A DNA stretch of 64,000 nucleotides from Actinomycetes bacterium (GCA_021777355.1 JAJYDO010000003.1:8332-72331), one strand, 5' to 3'. Positions 52,700 to 63,298 are shown, numbered from the stretch's first letter. Notes: generated by a model from the letters alone, not told the origin. Made by a program: numbers and translations.

Positions 52700-54208
52700 A
52701 TGAAAAATTCAAGCGACCTCCCCGAATATCTAGCTGAATCCAGCGCCTACTTCCATGAAAGCGGAGAGGCCAAAAAAGACTTCACGATCGCAGTCGTCGG
52801 AGGCGGCATTACCGGTTTGGTTGCTGCCCATGCTCTTCTTGCTTTAAGTGACAGGTGCAGGGTAACTGTGTTTGAAAGGGCAATTCCGGGTGGAAGACTA
52901 GCCACAAGAACTCTTTGTGACATACCTATAGATGTTGGACCTGATAATTTTTTGATAAGACGCCAAGAAGCAGTTCAGCTTTGCACGGCGCTTGGCCTTA
53001 AAGACGAACTTGTCGAACCTAAAAATGGAGACGTCAAGATACTTAGTGACGGCAAACTTTTTTCGATGCCAAAGAAGTCGCACATGGGCGTACCGGTTGA
53101 CTTTAAAGAGATTGCTGCACTGGGACTTGTTTCAAAGGGCGGGCTAAAGGCTTTAAAAAAGGATAGAAACTATCCAAAACACCAAGGTGGCGACCGAACA
53201 ATATATGAACTGGTAGCTCCCAGGCTCGGAGAAGAAGTTCTGGATCTCCTTGTAGAACCAATGGCTGCAGGGATTCATGCCGGTCTGGCATCAACTTTGG
53301 GAGTAAGTGCGACGGTGCCTGAATTTTTGGCGGCCGCGATCCAACACGGTTCGCTCACACGGGGTTTAAAGCCCTTGGTTGAAGCGAAACTGCTCAGGGA
53401 AAACCCTCCAATAGGCAGGTCGCCCGAACCTGTTTTTTACGGACTAAAAAATGGAATGGGTTCGATCATTGATCGCTTGGTGGACTCTATGTCACTGTCA
53501 TCGAGAATTGAAATCAGAGTAGGCACAGAAGTAGAAGCGATTGAAATTGCGAGAAAATCCGGTCCTCTTATTGACAAATTTGCGCTAGTTGCGGGCCAAA
53601 ATAAATATCTTGTTGACGGAGTAATAGTTTCCACTCCCGGCCCAACCACAGGCGAGCTCATTAAAGATATTGAGCCTGAAATTGGAAAACAGATTTCATC
53701 CATTCCTCATGCTTCTGTTGCACTGGCTACACTTGCATACAATAAATTGGATCTATTCCCCTCTCATGGGCAACGAGGTTTGCTTGTTCCTAGAAGCCAG
53801 GGCATCCCGATAACGGCGGTTACATGGATGAGCCAGAAGTGGCCGCATTTAAACAAGTCAGATCTGAATTTTGTTCGTATCTCAATTGGAAAGATGAATG
53901 ACAACTCCCATAAGTCGATGACTGAAGGCCAACTTGTAGCGCTCGCTTCCGAATTTCTTGCAAGCACCTTTGGGATCAAGGCTCAAATTATAGAATCTCG
54001 AGTAGATCGATACAACGAAGCTTTCCCCAACTACGCTCCTGACCACCTTGTGAATATGGCTCGATTGAGGGAATCCGTAGCCAGTAGAGGACCGATTATT
54101 CTTAGTGGACCACTTTTTGGCGGGATTGGGATAGGTTCTCGAATCGCAGATGGAGCAATGGCAGCGTCAAGATTATTGAAAATCCTAGGGGAAATAGGGA
54201 GTGGATAA
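52700..54208 (+). CDS. cgoX: HemY-type protoporphyrinogen/coproporphyrinogen III oxidase (FAD)
   Basis: N-terminal dinucleotide fold IAVVGGGITGLVAAHAL, 502 aa, located downstream of hemE and cpfC. Confidence 0.85.
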   Translation: MKNSSDLPEYLAESSAYFHESGEAKKDFTIAVVGGGITGLVAAHALLALSDRCRVTVFERAIPGGRLATRTLCDIPIDVGPDNFLIRRQEAVQLCTALGLKDELVEPKNGDVKILSDGKLFSMPKKSHMGVPVDFKEIAALGLVSKGGLKALKKDRNYPKHQGGDRTIYELVAPRLGEEVLDLLVEPMAAGIHAGLASTLGVSATVPEFLAAAIQHGSLTRGLKPLVEAKLLRENPPIGRSPEPVFYGLKNGMGSIIDRLVDSMSLSSRIEIRVGTEVEAIEIARKSGPLIDKFALVAGQNKYLVDGVIVSTPGPTTGELIKDIEPEIGKQISSIPHASVALATLAYNKLDLFPSHGQRGLLVPRSQGIPITAVTWMSQKWPHLNKSDLNFVRISIGKMNDNSHKSMTEGQLVALASEFLASTFGIKAQIIESRVDRYNEAFPNYAPDHLVNMARLRESVASRGPIILSGPLFGGIGIGSRIADGAMAASRLLKILGEIGSG

Positions 54209-55748
54209 ATACGCTCGCACTAAGCGCAGTTTGGCCTTGATGCTGATGCCTTTATTAAGCGGAGTATTGATGGCGCTCTCGCTTCCCCCTTTTTCGATTT
54301 GGTATCTGGGCATTTTTGGAGTTGGGCTGTTTGGATTCAATTTGTTATACGTAAGTTATGACGAAACGTTTAATGCGACAAAACGAAAAAGATATAGGTT
54401 TTTAGTCGGAGTTTGCGCCGGATTATCCCAGTATGTGATTTCGCTTTGGTGGGTCAATGGATTTGCCGTGCTTGGAACCGTTGTATTAGTAATTATCTAC
54501 TCCATTTTGTTTGGTTTACTTGGCCTTTTATGCACGACTTACAACCCTTTTAGTTTTGTCACCACTTTTTCGTCGGCTTTTGCCCTTGGAGATTTCATCA
54601 AAAGCAATTTTCCATTCGGTGGTCTCCCTATTGGAAGCCTTGATCTTCCACAAGTACTTGGGCCTTTAAAATACGGCGCCAAAATAGGCGGTGGAACGCT
54701 TATTGAATTCATGCTATTTCTAATCGGTGGATCTCTAAGTGTCATTGCATTTGGAATAAGAACTAGAAAAGTCAAAAGTCACATAAATACTGCCATTATT
54801 GGAGTCCTTGTGGTGATTTCACTATTGGTTTTCGGGCGGTTTAGTCCGGCAAGTGGCACAAGCCTCGGAATAAGAAATGTTGCATTAGTGCAGGGGGGCG
54901 GCCAAAGGGGTCTTCGGGCAGTAACCGACGGGAACGAACAGCAGGTTTACCAAAACGCGCTTAATGCAACCCAGCTTATTCCATCTACTTTTAAGCCCGA
55001 CTTAATATTGTGGCCCGAAGATGTAGTCGCGCTTAACGAACCACTTCAAGGTTCGCCTCAACAGGCAACCCTTAGTGCGATTGCGAGCAAATACCATTCC
55101 TGTTTCATTGCAGGAGTAACTTCTCCGGTTGGAGAAACTTCTTTTTTAAATCTTGCAGTAGTATTTGATCCAAACGGATTGGAACTTGGAACTTATCTCA
55201 AGGTCCACAGAGTTCCCTTTGGCGAATACATGCCTTACAGGTCTTTTATTGCTCACTTTGGAAACGTTTCCCTTGTGCCAAGGGACGCAATAGCCGGGGA
55301 AAAACCTGGGTATTTTAAAACTCAGTGTGGAAACTTTGGAATCATGATCTCATACGAAGTATTTTTTGGATCAAGTGCCAGAGCCGACGTTAATTCGGGA
55401 GCAAATTTGCTGGTGGTGCCGACCAACACCGCATCATATAGCTCCGACCAAGTACCTGGCGAAGAGGTCTTAGCCGATTCGATGCGGGCAATAGAGACCG
55501 GCAGGGACCTAATCCAGGCCTCCCCTACGGGTTATTCGACCATTGTGCTGCGATCAGGGGCAGTGGTTTATAAATCAGGACTTGGAAATGAACAACTAAT
55601 CTTAGGAAAAGTTAATCTTTACAATGGATTGACTCTTTATGACAAATTTGGATCGACCCCTGTGGTTATTGTCATTCTTCTAATTTATTTAAGTTCGCTT
55701 TTGCTTGTTATTCTTAAAAAGAAATCAAAAACTACTCCTTCTCAGTGA
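54201..55748 (+). CDS. Apolipoprotein N-acyltransferase-like protein (8 TM helices plus a CN-hydrolase domain) with Ser at the catalytic Cys position
   Basis: An N-terminal polytopic region is followed by CN-hydrolase blocks: LILWPEDVVAL (Glu), YLKVHRVPFGEYMP (Lys) and FGIMISYEVFF, where Lnt has (I/V)CYE. The Ser codon TCA is at 55350-55352. Confidence 0.75.
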   Translation: MDKYARTKRSLALMLMPLLSGVLMALSLPPFSIWYLGIFGVGLFGFNLLYVSYDETFNATKRKRYRFLVGVCAGLSQYVISLWWVNGFAVLGTVVLVIIYSILFGLLGLLCTTYNPFSFVTTFSSAFALGDFIKSNFPFGGLPIGSLDLPQVLGPLKYGAKIGGGTLIEFMLFLIGGSLSVIAFGIRTRKVKSHINTAIIGVLVVISLLVFGRFSPASGTSLGIRNVALVQGGGQRGLRAVTDGNEQQVYQNALNATQLIPSTFKPDLILWPEDVVALNEPLQGSPQQATLSAIASKYHSCFIAGVTSPVGETSFLNLAVVFDPNGLELGTYLKVHRVPFGEYMPYRSFIAHFGNVSLVPRDAIAGEKPGYFKTQCGNFGIMISYEVFFGSSARADVNSGANLLVVPTNTASYSSDQVPGEEVLADSMRAIETGRDLIQASPTGYSTIVLRSGAVVYKSGLGNEQLILGKVNLYNGLTLYDKFGSTPVVIVILLIYLSSLLLVILKKKSKTTPSQ

Positions 55749-56823
55749 CATTGGCCTCATCGAATGTAGCCATTTCATTGATTATCTTAGCTGCAACCTG
55801 CACGATTGGAACCGCCAAGCAAGCGCCTGTCCCTTCGCCTAATCGCATATCGAGATTTAATAGCGGTCTTTTTTCTAAGTACTCCAATGCCGCTTTCGCT
55901 CCCGGTTCGACAGAGAGGTGCCCAGCAATCATATAATCCCTTGAATAAGGCGCAAGCGCATTAGCTACCAAGGCCCCGGCGGCTGCAATCACGCCGTCAA
56001 TCACCACAGGCATTCCCCTGCTGGCCGCTCCAAGAATAAATCCCGCTATGGCGCCAATTTCAAAACCTCCCACGGCAGCTAAAACCAAAACCGGATCCAT
56101 TTTTTCAACGGAAGGCATTGAACCCGGCTGGGCAATTCCTGATCTTAAATGAGCTTCTTGGATAACTGAAACTTTTCTATGCCAAAACTCATCATCAATT
56201 CCAGTTCCGCGCCCTGTTACTTCTCTTGGAACCAGACCGGTAAAGGCGGAAATAATTGCAGCCGAGGGCGTAGTATTTCCAATTCCCATGTCACCTGTCA
56301 CTAGTAGGTCGGCACCGCTTTCGACTAATTCCTGCGCCACTTCAAAGCCGGCATTTAAGCAAGCTTTCGCTTCAAGAGTTGTCATGGCGTCTTCTTTTAA
56401 AATGTTCTTTGTCCCAGGGGCAACTCTTTTATTGATCAAGCCTTCCAGGTTAAGTTCATCTCCTGCTACCCCAACGTCAACCACTACCATCTTGATATTG
56501 AGAGCATTTGCAATCACGCTCACTGCTGCGCCGCCTTCAAGAAAATTTGCTACCATTTGCCTCGTGATTTCACTGGGCCAAGGCGTCACTTTTTCATCTA
56601 CCACGCCGTGGTCTGAGGCAAAAACAGCAAGCGCTGGATTTAAAATTAGAGGAGGAGGGCAAGAAGATTTAATCCCGGCTAGCTGAATGCTTAACTCTTC
56701 TAAAACTCCCAGAGAGTTAGCTGGCTTGGTCAAAGTCAACTGCCTATTTAACGTTGCCTCTTGGCTTTTTGCATCTGATTGCCTTATAGATTCAATTGCT
56801 TGTTCAAAGTTTTCCATCGGCAT
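55732..56823 (-). CDS. cobT: Nicotinate-nucleotide--dimethylbenzimidazole phosphoribosyltransferase
   Basis: Motifs LVTGDMGIGNTTPSAA and MRLGEGTGA are CobT signature blocks. The 3' end overlaps the lnt-like gene by 17 nt (convergent). Confidence 0.9.
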   Translation of the reverse strand: MPMENFEQAIESIRQSDAKSQEATLNRQLTLTKPANSLGVLEELSIQLAGIKSSCPPPLILNPALAVFASDHGVVDEKVTPWPSEITRQMVANFLEGGAAVSVIANALNIKMVVVDVGVAGDELNLEGLINKRVAPGTKNILKEDAMTTLEAKACLNAGFEVAQELVESGADLLVTGDMGIGNTTPSAAIISAFTGLVPREVTGRGTGIDDEFWHRKVSVIQEAHLRSGIAQPGSMPSVEKMDPVLVLAAVGGFEIGAIAGFILGAASRGMPVVIDGVIAAAGALVANALAPYSRDYMIAGHLSVEPGAKAALEYLEKRPLLNLDMRLGEGTGACLAVPIVQVAAKIINEMATFDEANVTEKE

Positions 56824-56872
56824 GAATACTAATACGTCTTAAGCTAGATCCGAAACTTATTCGATAATGAAA

Positions 56873-57400
56873 TCAATCCAAAACCAAGTCTTCTTCAACG
56901 GTTTCTTCGACATAATGCTCATGGAACAAAAGCTTGTTTAACAGCATGTATCTCGCAGACCATAGTATCCCGTAGCTAGCAAAATTGGCCCCTGCCACAA
57001 ATAAAGTCGCCACATCGCGTGAGGAGGTAATTTGTTTTGAAAAGTGTTCCGCCAGCTGGCCGCTTAATGTTGCCAGTGCAAGTCCGATAAGTGCAATAAC
57101 CCAAAACGGAACTATCTCCTTCCAAAGGTGCGACTTTCCTGATTTCCCCCAAGCCCATCTTCGATTGAGATAATATGACGGCAAAATATTGCATGCCGAA
57201 GAGAACATCGAACAAATTCCGGCTGACCACAGTCTCAAAAAATCATAAGTTATGAAGATTAATATTAAAGTCGTAATAGTTGAGATAACCGACGAAGCGG
57301 CGTACTTTAAAAGTCGCTGGCCGTGCTTAGATTTTGCCCATTGAACCGCGGAATCAATTAGACCGCTTTTGGCAGAAGTAGTGCTGATCATACAATACAA
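56873..57400 (-). CDS. GtrA-family membrane protein
   Basis: About 170 aa with four TM helices. The segment YYLNRRWAWG resembles the GtrA-like pattern. Confidence 0.6.
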   Translation of the reverse strand: MYCMISTTSAKSGLIDSAVQWAKSKHGQRLLKYAASSVISTITTLILIFITYDFLRLWSAGICSMFSSACNILPSYYLNRRWAWGKSGKSHLWKEIVPFWVIALIGLALATLSGQLAEHFSKQITSSRDVATLFVAGANFASYGILWSARYMLLNKLLFHEHYVEETVEEDLVLD

Positions 57401-57469
57401 GTCTAGTGGAAAAGCCCGGTAATTTCTCGTAGCCTGAAATAATTGCTTTTAAAGCCAGGGATGTCTTTT

Positions 57470-58645
57470 TCAGTCAATTCTGTTGGCGGCAGCCACTTGG
57501 CCCAGCCACTGGCCACTTGGCTTGACTCTCCGCTCAAATGTATCCCTGTCAACTGCTACCAGGCCAAACTTAGGCCTGTAGCCGAGCACCCACTCAAAAT
57601 TATCCATTATCGACCAGTAGGTATACCCTATGACTTTGACGCCCGATTCTATTGTTTCGTGAAGGCCTAAAAGCGCATCTCTCACAAATTTCACCCTTAC
57701 TTTGTCGTCATCGCCAATTGGAGATATCCCGTTCTCGGTCACCAATACCGGAAGACCTGTTACCTCGTGCGCTCTTTTGACGGTAGCGGCCAGTCCTTGG
57801 GGATAGATTTCGTAACCCATCTCAGTAATTTCATATCCAGGTTCAGGTCCGGCATCACTTTTCCCGGAAGCTGCCACTCGTGATCTTGAATAATTCTGGA
57901 CGCCTATGAAATCATTTCCTTTGGTATTTTCCAAATATATGTCTTCCATAATCTCTCTTATTTTCAACACTCTCTCCTCGGCTCCCTCAAGAGGCTGGTA
58001 GTCAGACATTGAAAGGGCCAAACCGACACGAATATGTGAAAACTCGCTTTTTATAACCTCCACCGACTTAACGTGAGCGCTCACGAAATTCTCTGTAGCG
58101 AGTCTCCTTTCCTCACTGGATCTTTTGCCAGGTGGAAAAATCCCAAATCTATAACCCATGGAAGCTACGATGTTCGGCTCATTTATTGTGCAAGCAAAAT
58201 CGATCTCGTCACCTAATGCTTTGGTGGCGTATTCCACATAGCGTGAAAATTTGTCGACTGTACTTTTGTCGCTCCATGTGCCATGGAGCCAAGCAGGCGA
58301 CGTGAAGTGGTGGTATGTCACATTTGTAGACATTCCATGTTTATGGCAAGCTTGTAAAATTCGACGATAATAATTAATTGCAGCCTTTGAAAACTCGCCC
58401 TCGGACGGTTCAATTCTCGACCACTCGAGGGAAAACCTGAACATGTTGAATCCCAGGTTTCTGGTCATCTCAATGTCCTTTTCATAGAGATGGTAGAAAT
58501 CACAGGCATCTCCGGAACTCTCTTGGCAAACAGTGTTCTCTCTGTGCTCCCACTCCCACCAGTCGTTATTGAAATTAGAGCCTTCTACCTGATGGGCTGC
58601 CATTGCAGTGCCCCAGAAGAAATTGTCGGGAAAAATTAATGCCAT
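57470..58645 (-). CDS. Glycoside hydrolase family 1 (beta-glucosidase-like)
   Basis: The acid/base motif is TINEPN and the nucleophile motif is VTENG. N-terminal FPDNFFWGTAMAAHQVEG. At 391 aa it is shorter than typical GH1 enzymes. Confidence 0.85.
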   Translation of the reverse strand: MALIFPDNFFWGTAMAAHQVEGSNFNNDWWEWEHRENTVCQESSGDACDFYHLYEKDIEMTRNLGFNMFRFSLEWSRIEPSEGEFSKAAINYYRRILQACHKHGMSTNVTYHHFTSPAWLHGTWSDKSTVDKFSRYVEYATKALGDEIDFACTINEPNIVASMGYRFGIFPPGKRSSEERRLATENFVSAHVKSVEVIKSEFSHIRVGLALSMSDYQPLEGAEERVLKIREIMEDIYLENTKGNDFIGVQNYSRSRVAASGKSDAGPEPGYEITEMGYEIYPQGLAATVKRAHEVTGLPVLVTENGISPIGDDDKVRVKFVRDALLGLHETIESGVKVIGYTYWSIMDNFEWVLGYRPKFGLVAVDRDTFERRVKPSGQWLGQVAAANRID

Positions 58646-58663
58646 CTAGGAAATAGTAGCGCT

Positions 58664-59374
58664 TTAGCCGTCACTTCGCATTTTTAAAAACTTTCTTACA
58701 GTATCTCTGGCATTCTCGGTGATCTCTCCCCCATGGGTAAAAGCAGCGATCTCATAATCGGCATCGCCTAAACGAAGGGCGGTCTCTCGACTCATCTTGT
58801 AGTTCGAACAAGCTAGTGCAAATGAGTAACTGATTCGATCAAATAAATTAAAAAGCGCATCGCCAGTAATTAAAATGCCGCTTTTCTCCAGCAAGAAAGA
58901 AGAGTGTCCAGGCGAATGGCCAGGCGTGTGAACTACCCTTATCCCACCTGCGACATCGATTACTTCGTTATCGACAAATGTCCCACCGACACTTGACGCC
59001 GGAATTTTCTTAACGGCAAATTTAAAGATTCTCGCCAGCATTTGGCTCTGATCCCAAGGAGGCATTTTCCCTTCTCTTATAAAACTCGCATCATCTTCAT
59101 GTGCATGGAGAGGTCCTGCTCCAATGTCGTGCATTTTCTGAGCCGCACCAACGTGATCGCCATGTGCATGGGTAGCCAAAATCATCTTTACATCAGAGGG
59201 AGTTTTCCCAATTTCTTTTAAACCCGCTACCAGTTTAGGTTTAGCCCCTTTTAAGCCTGCATCAATTAGAACAATCGATCCGTCGCTGTCTTGTATTGCA
59301 AAAGAGTTGATGGCGTTTTTGCCCACCGTCGGAACTCTCCAAATGCCATCGGCCAATTTAGTCACACGTGCCAT
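58664..59374 (-). CDS. MBL-fold metallo-hydrolase
   Basis: Has THAHGDHVG (HxHxDH) and a later HTPGHSPGH. Confidence 0.8.
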   Translation of the reverse strand: MARVTKLADGIWRVPTVGKNAINSFAIQDSDGSIVLIDAGLKGAKPKLVAGLKEIGKTPSDVKMILATHAHGDHVGAAQKMHDIGAGPLHAHEDDASFIREGKMPPWDQSQMLARIFKFAVKKIPASSVGGTFVDNEVIDVAGGIRVVHTPGHSPGHSSFLLEKSGILITGDALFNLFDRISYSFALACSNYKMSRETALRLGDADYEIAAFTHGGEITENARDTVRKFLKMRSDG

Positions 59375-59493
59375 AATTACCTCTTTCGCTTAACTTGTTC
59401 TTTGGTAATAACCTAATACCTATTTATCTTCTTCGGCCAGTTACACAGGTTGTATTTTTCTAGCGAAACACCATAAAGGATCTGACTTTAGAT

Positions 59494-60429
59494 TTGAGTA
59501 TTAATCGTGGATTTCAACTCCCCTTTACATTTAGTAGGCTCAAATATGTGTCAGAAGCATTAGAAGGTTTGGTCCAGCTCCTCGAACTCGAGCCAATTGA
59601 AAAGAATATCTTTAGAGGCAGAATATCCAAAGTCGAAAGACAGAGGGTCTTTGGAGGCCACGTAGCTGCCCAGGCATTAATGGCAGCAGGAAAGACTGTC
59701 GATTCCGGGAGAGTTCACTCGCTTCACTCCTATTTCCTAAGACCGGGCGACCCATTGATTCCTATTCTTTATGAAGTTGATCGAATCAGAGACGGCAGGT
59801 CTTTTACAACCAGACGGGTAGTTGCCATCCAGCGTGGCCAGGCAATCTTCAATATGTCAGCTTCGTTTCACGTAGAAGAAGAGGGATTGGAACATGGCAC
59901 GACTATGCCAAATGTCCCTTTGCCGGAATCACTGCCTACACTTCTCGAAAGGCTCGCTCCTTGGGCTGACCAGCTTGGAGACTTTATCAATCGTCCCCAT
60001 CCAATCGATCAAAGATTTATAGGAGAGCTTCCTTGGAATAAAGATGTAGGCCCAAGACCTCCCAGGCAACAGCTTTGGATAAGAGCAGACGGCCAACTGC
60101 CTGATGATCCGCTTTTACATGCTTGTATTGTGACTTACGCATCGGATATGAGCTTATTTGACTCAATCCTTCTCCCTCATAGAATTCGCTGGGATGACCC
60201 TCGTTTCATGGGTGCGAGCCTCGACCACTGTATGTGGTTCCATAGGCCCTTTAAAGCCGACGACTGGCTCCTGTACGATCAGGAATCTCCGGCAGCATAT
60301 GGTGCCAGGGGTCTTGCCACGGCATCGCTTTTCACGGCTGACGGCCAGATTGTATGCTCTTTGGCCCAGGAGGGTTTAATACGAGTCAGAAATGATCTCG
60401 CTCCTGCAATCTCTCCGGGCGAGGGCTGA
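59494..60429 (+). CDS. tesB: Acyl-CoA thioesterase II
   Basis: Double hot-dog blocks: RVFGGHVAAQALMAA, SLHSYFLRPGD and RDGRSFTTRRV. A more likely start is GTG 59548 (VSEALEGLVQLLELE...). Confidence 0.85.
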   Translation: MSINRGFQLPFTFSRLKYVSEALEGLVQLLELEPIEKNIFRGRISKVERQRVFGGHVAAQALMAAGKTVDSGRVHSLHSYFLRPGDPLIPILYEVDRIRDGRSFTTRRVVAIQRGQAIFNMSASFHVEEEGLEHGTTMPNVPLPESLPTLLERLAPWADQLGDFINRPHPIDQRFIGELPWNKDVGPRPPRQQLWIRADGQLPDDPLLHACIVTYASDMSLFDSILLPHRIRWDDPRFMGASLDHCMWFHRPFKADDWLLYDQESPAAYGARGLATASLFTADGQIVCSLAQEGLIRVRNDLAPAISPGEG

Positions 60430-60451
60430 CAAACTTTTTTTTAACCTGGGA

Positions 60452-61720
60452 CTAACGACTCTCAATCGGCGTGTAATTTCTCACGTCAGTGCCTGTGTAA
60501 AGCTGCCTTGGCCGGGCAATTTTTGAATCTTGGTCAAGCATCTCTATCCAATGGGCCAACCATCCAGAAGTCCTTGGGATTGCAAACAATACGGGGAACA
60601 TTTCAAGAGGAAATCCCATTGCCTGATAGATAAGACCTGAGTAGAAATCTACGTTTGGATAGAGTTTTCTGGAAATGAAATAGTCGTCATTTAAAGCAAC
60701 ATCTTCCAGCTTCAATGCTATGTCCAAGAGGGGGTTTTTGCCTGTAATCTTGAACACCTCGTCTGCAGTCTTTTTGATGATTTTGGCACGTGGATCGTAG
60801 TTTTTATAAACTCGATGTCCAAAACCTTGGAGCCGTCCATGACCTTGTTTAACTTCGGCTACAAAAGCATCCACGTTTTCAAGCGAACCAATTGAGGTGA
60901 GCATCCTGATGACTGCCTCGTTTGCTCCTCCATGCCTTGGGCCATAAAGTGCAGCACAAGCAGCAGAACATGCAGAATAAGGATCGGAGTGAGACGAACC
61001 AACTACTCGCATCGCCGTGGTTGAACAGTTCTGCTCATGGTCGGCATGCAAAATAAACAAAAGATCCAGAGCTTTGGTAAGCACTGGATCGGGTTCAAAT
61101 CTAAATTCTGCGGTCTTCCACATCATCGACAAGAAATTCGCTGCAAACTTAAGTCCGTTATCAGGATATACAAAGGGCATTCCTACGCTAAATCGGTGCG
61201 CCGCAGCTGCCAGTGTGGGCATTTTTGCAATTAGGCGAATTACTTGCTTGTCTCTGGATTCGGGGTTAAAAATCTCCTTGGCATCAAGGTAAAAAGTGGA
61301 AAGTGCAGCAACTGCCGAGACCAGCATTCCCATGGGATGCGCGTCGTAGTGAAAACCTTCCAGAAACCTTTTTCTCATATTTTCATGGATAAAAGTGTGA
61401 TGAGTTACCTCATGTTCCCAATCGTCGAATTGAGCCTCGGTTGGAAGTTCTCCATGCAAGAGTAAGTACGCCACTTCGAGGTAGTTTGACTTCTCCGCCA
61501 ACTGCTCGATTGGATACCCTCTATATCGCAAGATTCCAGCATCTCCGTCGAGATACGAGATCGAAGAGGCACATGCTGCAGTGGTTGTAAATCCCGGATC
61601 GTAAAACCAAATCCCAGGCAGCAACTTCGCCCATTCAGTGGCTGGAACTCCCCCATCGGTGATGGGAATCTCTAAACTTTGGCCCGTACGGTTGTCCGTA
61701 ATAGTTATGCTCTCTGGCAC
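60452..61720 (-). CDS. gltA: Citrate synthase
   Basis: Blocks ILHADHEQNCSTT, GFGHRVYKNYDPR and NVDFYSG are citrate synthase catalytic blocks. Confidence 0.9.
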   Translation of the reverse strand: MPESITITDNRTGQSLEIPITDGGVPATEWAKLLPGIWFYDPGFTTTAACASSISYLDGDAGILRYRGYPIEQLAEKSNYLEVAYLLLHGELPTEAQFDDWEHEVTHHTFIHENMRKRFLEGFHYDAHPMGMLVSAVAALSTFYLDAKEIFNPESRDKQVIRLIAKMPTLAAAAHRFSVGMPFVYPDNGLKFAANFLSMMWKTAEFRFEPDPVLTKALDLLFILHADHEQNCSTTAMRVVGSSHSDPYSACSAACAALYGPRHGGANEAVIRMLTSIGSLENVDAFVAEVKQGHGRLQGFGHRVYKNYDPRAKIIKKTADEVFKITGKNPLLDIALKLEDVALNDDYFISRKLYPNVDFYSGLIYQAMGFPLEMFPVLFAIPRTSGWLAHWIEMLDQDSKIARPRQLYTGTDVRNYTPIESR

Positions 61721-61899
61721 CTTTAATATTCTCCTTATTTATTTAACTTCAATCTCTAATCTAATAATCCTAGAGCCAGAAGTCACTCATTGCCCACTCA
61801 AATTAACGATTCATTAACAATTGGCCATTCCAACAGAGACTTTTGCCCGGACTTCCACCGAGCAGATTGGACGAATGGCTAAATCCTATTGTTTTATAC

Positions 61900-62331
61900 T
61901 CAATCAAAAACGTATCGGTAGACATTGGTCTCCCTCGGCTTAAAACCCATTCTCAGATACAGCCGGTTGGCCGCTTCCCGCGAGGGTCTTGAAGTCAGCT
62001 CAACTGCAGAACATCCGTCTTGCCTGGCCTTTTCAAGTGCCGCATTCACCAGAGCTTCCCCCACTCCTTTTCCCCTGCCGGCACTATCGACTACCACATC
62101 TTCGATAATCACACGGTAGCCAGTTGGTATCCGGACTTCAACTAAAGTAAGCATTCCCAGAATTGATTCGTCATCATCTTTGGCAATAAAAAGCGTTGAA
62201 GCTAGATCTTCAACTATCCGCGACAAACCATTTAAATCCAGGGGTTTTGAGGAAGTGGAGAGTTGCGGGAGCAATAAATTGACTGCTTCTAAGACATCAT
62301 TTGAAACAGTTGTTACCTGTAAAATTCGCAC
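61900..62331 (-). CDS. GNAT-family N-acetyltransferase
   Basis: Acetyl-CoA binding motif A: VVVDSAGRGKGVGEALV (Q/R-x-x-G-x-G/A). Confidence 0.8.
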   Translation of the reverse strand: MRILQVTTVSNDVLEAVNLLLPQLSTSSKPLDLNGLSRIVEDLASTLFIAKDDDESILGMLTLVEVRIPTGYRVIIEDVVVDSAGRGKGVGEALVNAALEKARQDGCSAVELTSRPSREAANRLYLRMGFKPRETNVYRYVFD

Positions 62332-62362
62332 TCAGGAAGTGTAGACCTAATTTGGCGCCTAT

Positions 62363-63298
62363 ATGATCATTTTGGATAGATATTCCAAAGAAAGGCCAAT
62401 TAACATGCCAAGCAAGTCCGAGAAGACAAAAGCAAGAATCTTACACGACCTGTTCGAACCAATTGCGGCCAATGTTTATTTCTCACCAGTGGTTCAAGAA
62501 GAATACAAGAAGTTAGGACTTGCCTACCTGCCGGGATATTTCTGCAGTCGATCAGCTGCGATGGGAGAACTTCCAGGCGAAGTTGTAGCTTCCATATTTG
62601 CCGTATTCAATCCGGCAATTGTTATCCCAAGTGTGAGCCAAGGTTGGGCCATTACAAAACGGGATGCAATATTGAAAGCGAGACTAAGTGGGGCAAGTGC
62701 ATCACTGAGTGAAATCTTGGAATTAGGAGATGCCGATGGGCTTGTTATGGTAGAACGTGCAGCGGAACTTTTGCTGGAAGCTTCGAAGTCACTTCAACTA
62801 GCATTTCACCCGATGTTTGCAGGACTTATCTCCCTTGAAGTTCCCCAGGACCCATTTGGAAGACTATTTAGAGGTGCCGATCTTCTGAGGGAACATCGTG
62901 GCGACTCACACAGTGCAGCTTGGACAGTTCACGGCGTTGATGGAGTTGAAATATCCTTACTCTCCGAACTTTATTGGGGTATTCCACTAAAAAGTTACGT
63001 CTTTACTAGAGGCTGGTCACCAGATGAGATAGACCAGGCAATAATAAGACTTTTAGACAGACATTTAATCGATACGAAAGACAACCTCACCACCGAAGGT
63101 TTTGAACTTAGGGAATCAATTGAAAAGGCTACCGATTTGGCAGAGGAATCTTCCATTTTGGCGCTGGGAGAAAACTACGATGAGTTAGTCTCACTACTTA
63201 GTCCAATGGCTAACAAAATTGTGGAAAAAGGAGGCTACCCTTCTAATCCCACTTCCTTTGGAGAAATTCTCAGACGGCGACTCTCCAACTCAAACTAG
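62363..63298 (+). CDS. Conserved hypothetical protein (resembles the actinobacterial 'SCO6745-like' family)
   Basis: The opening ...LFEPIAANVYFSPVVQEEYKKLGL..YLPGYFCSRSAAMGELPGEVVASIFAVFNP matches a pattern I recall from that family. There are no catalytic motifs. An alternative start is ATG 62405. Confidence 0.45.
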   Translation: MIILDRYSKERPINMPSKSEKTKARILHDLFEPIAANVYFSPVVQEEYKKLGLAYLPGYFCSRSAAMGELPGEVVASIFAVFNPAIVIPSVSQGWAITKRDAILKARLSGASASLSEILELGDADGLVMVERAAELLLEASKSLQLAFHPMFAGLISLEVPQDPFGRLFRGADLLREHRGDSHSAAWTVHGVDGVEISLLSELYWGIPLKSYVFTRGWSPDEIDQAIIRLLDRHLIDTKDNLTTEGFELRESIEKATDLAEESSILALGENYDELVSLLSPMANKIVEKGGYPSNPTSFGEILRRRLSNSN

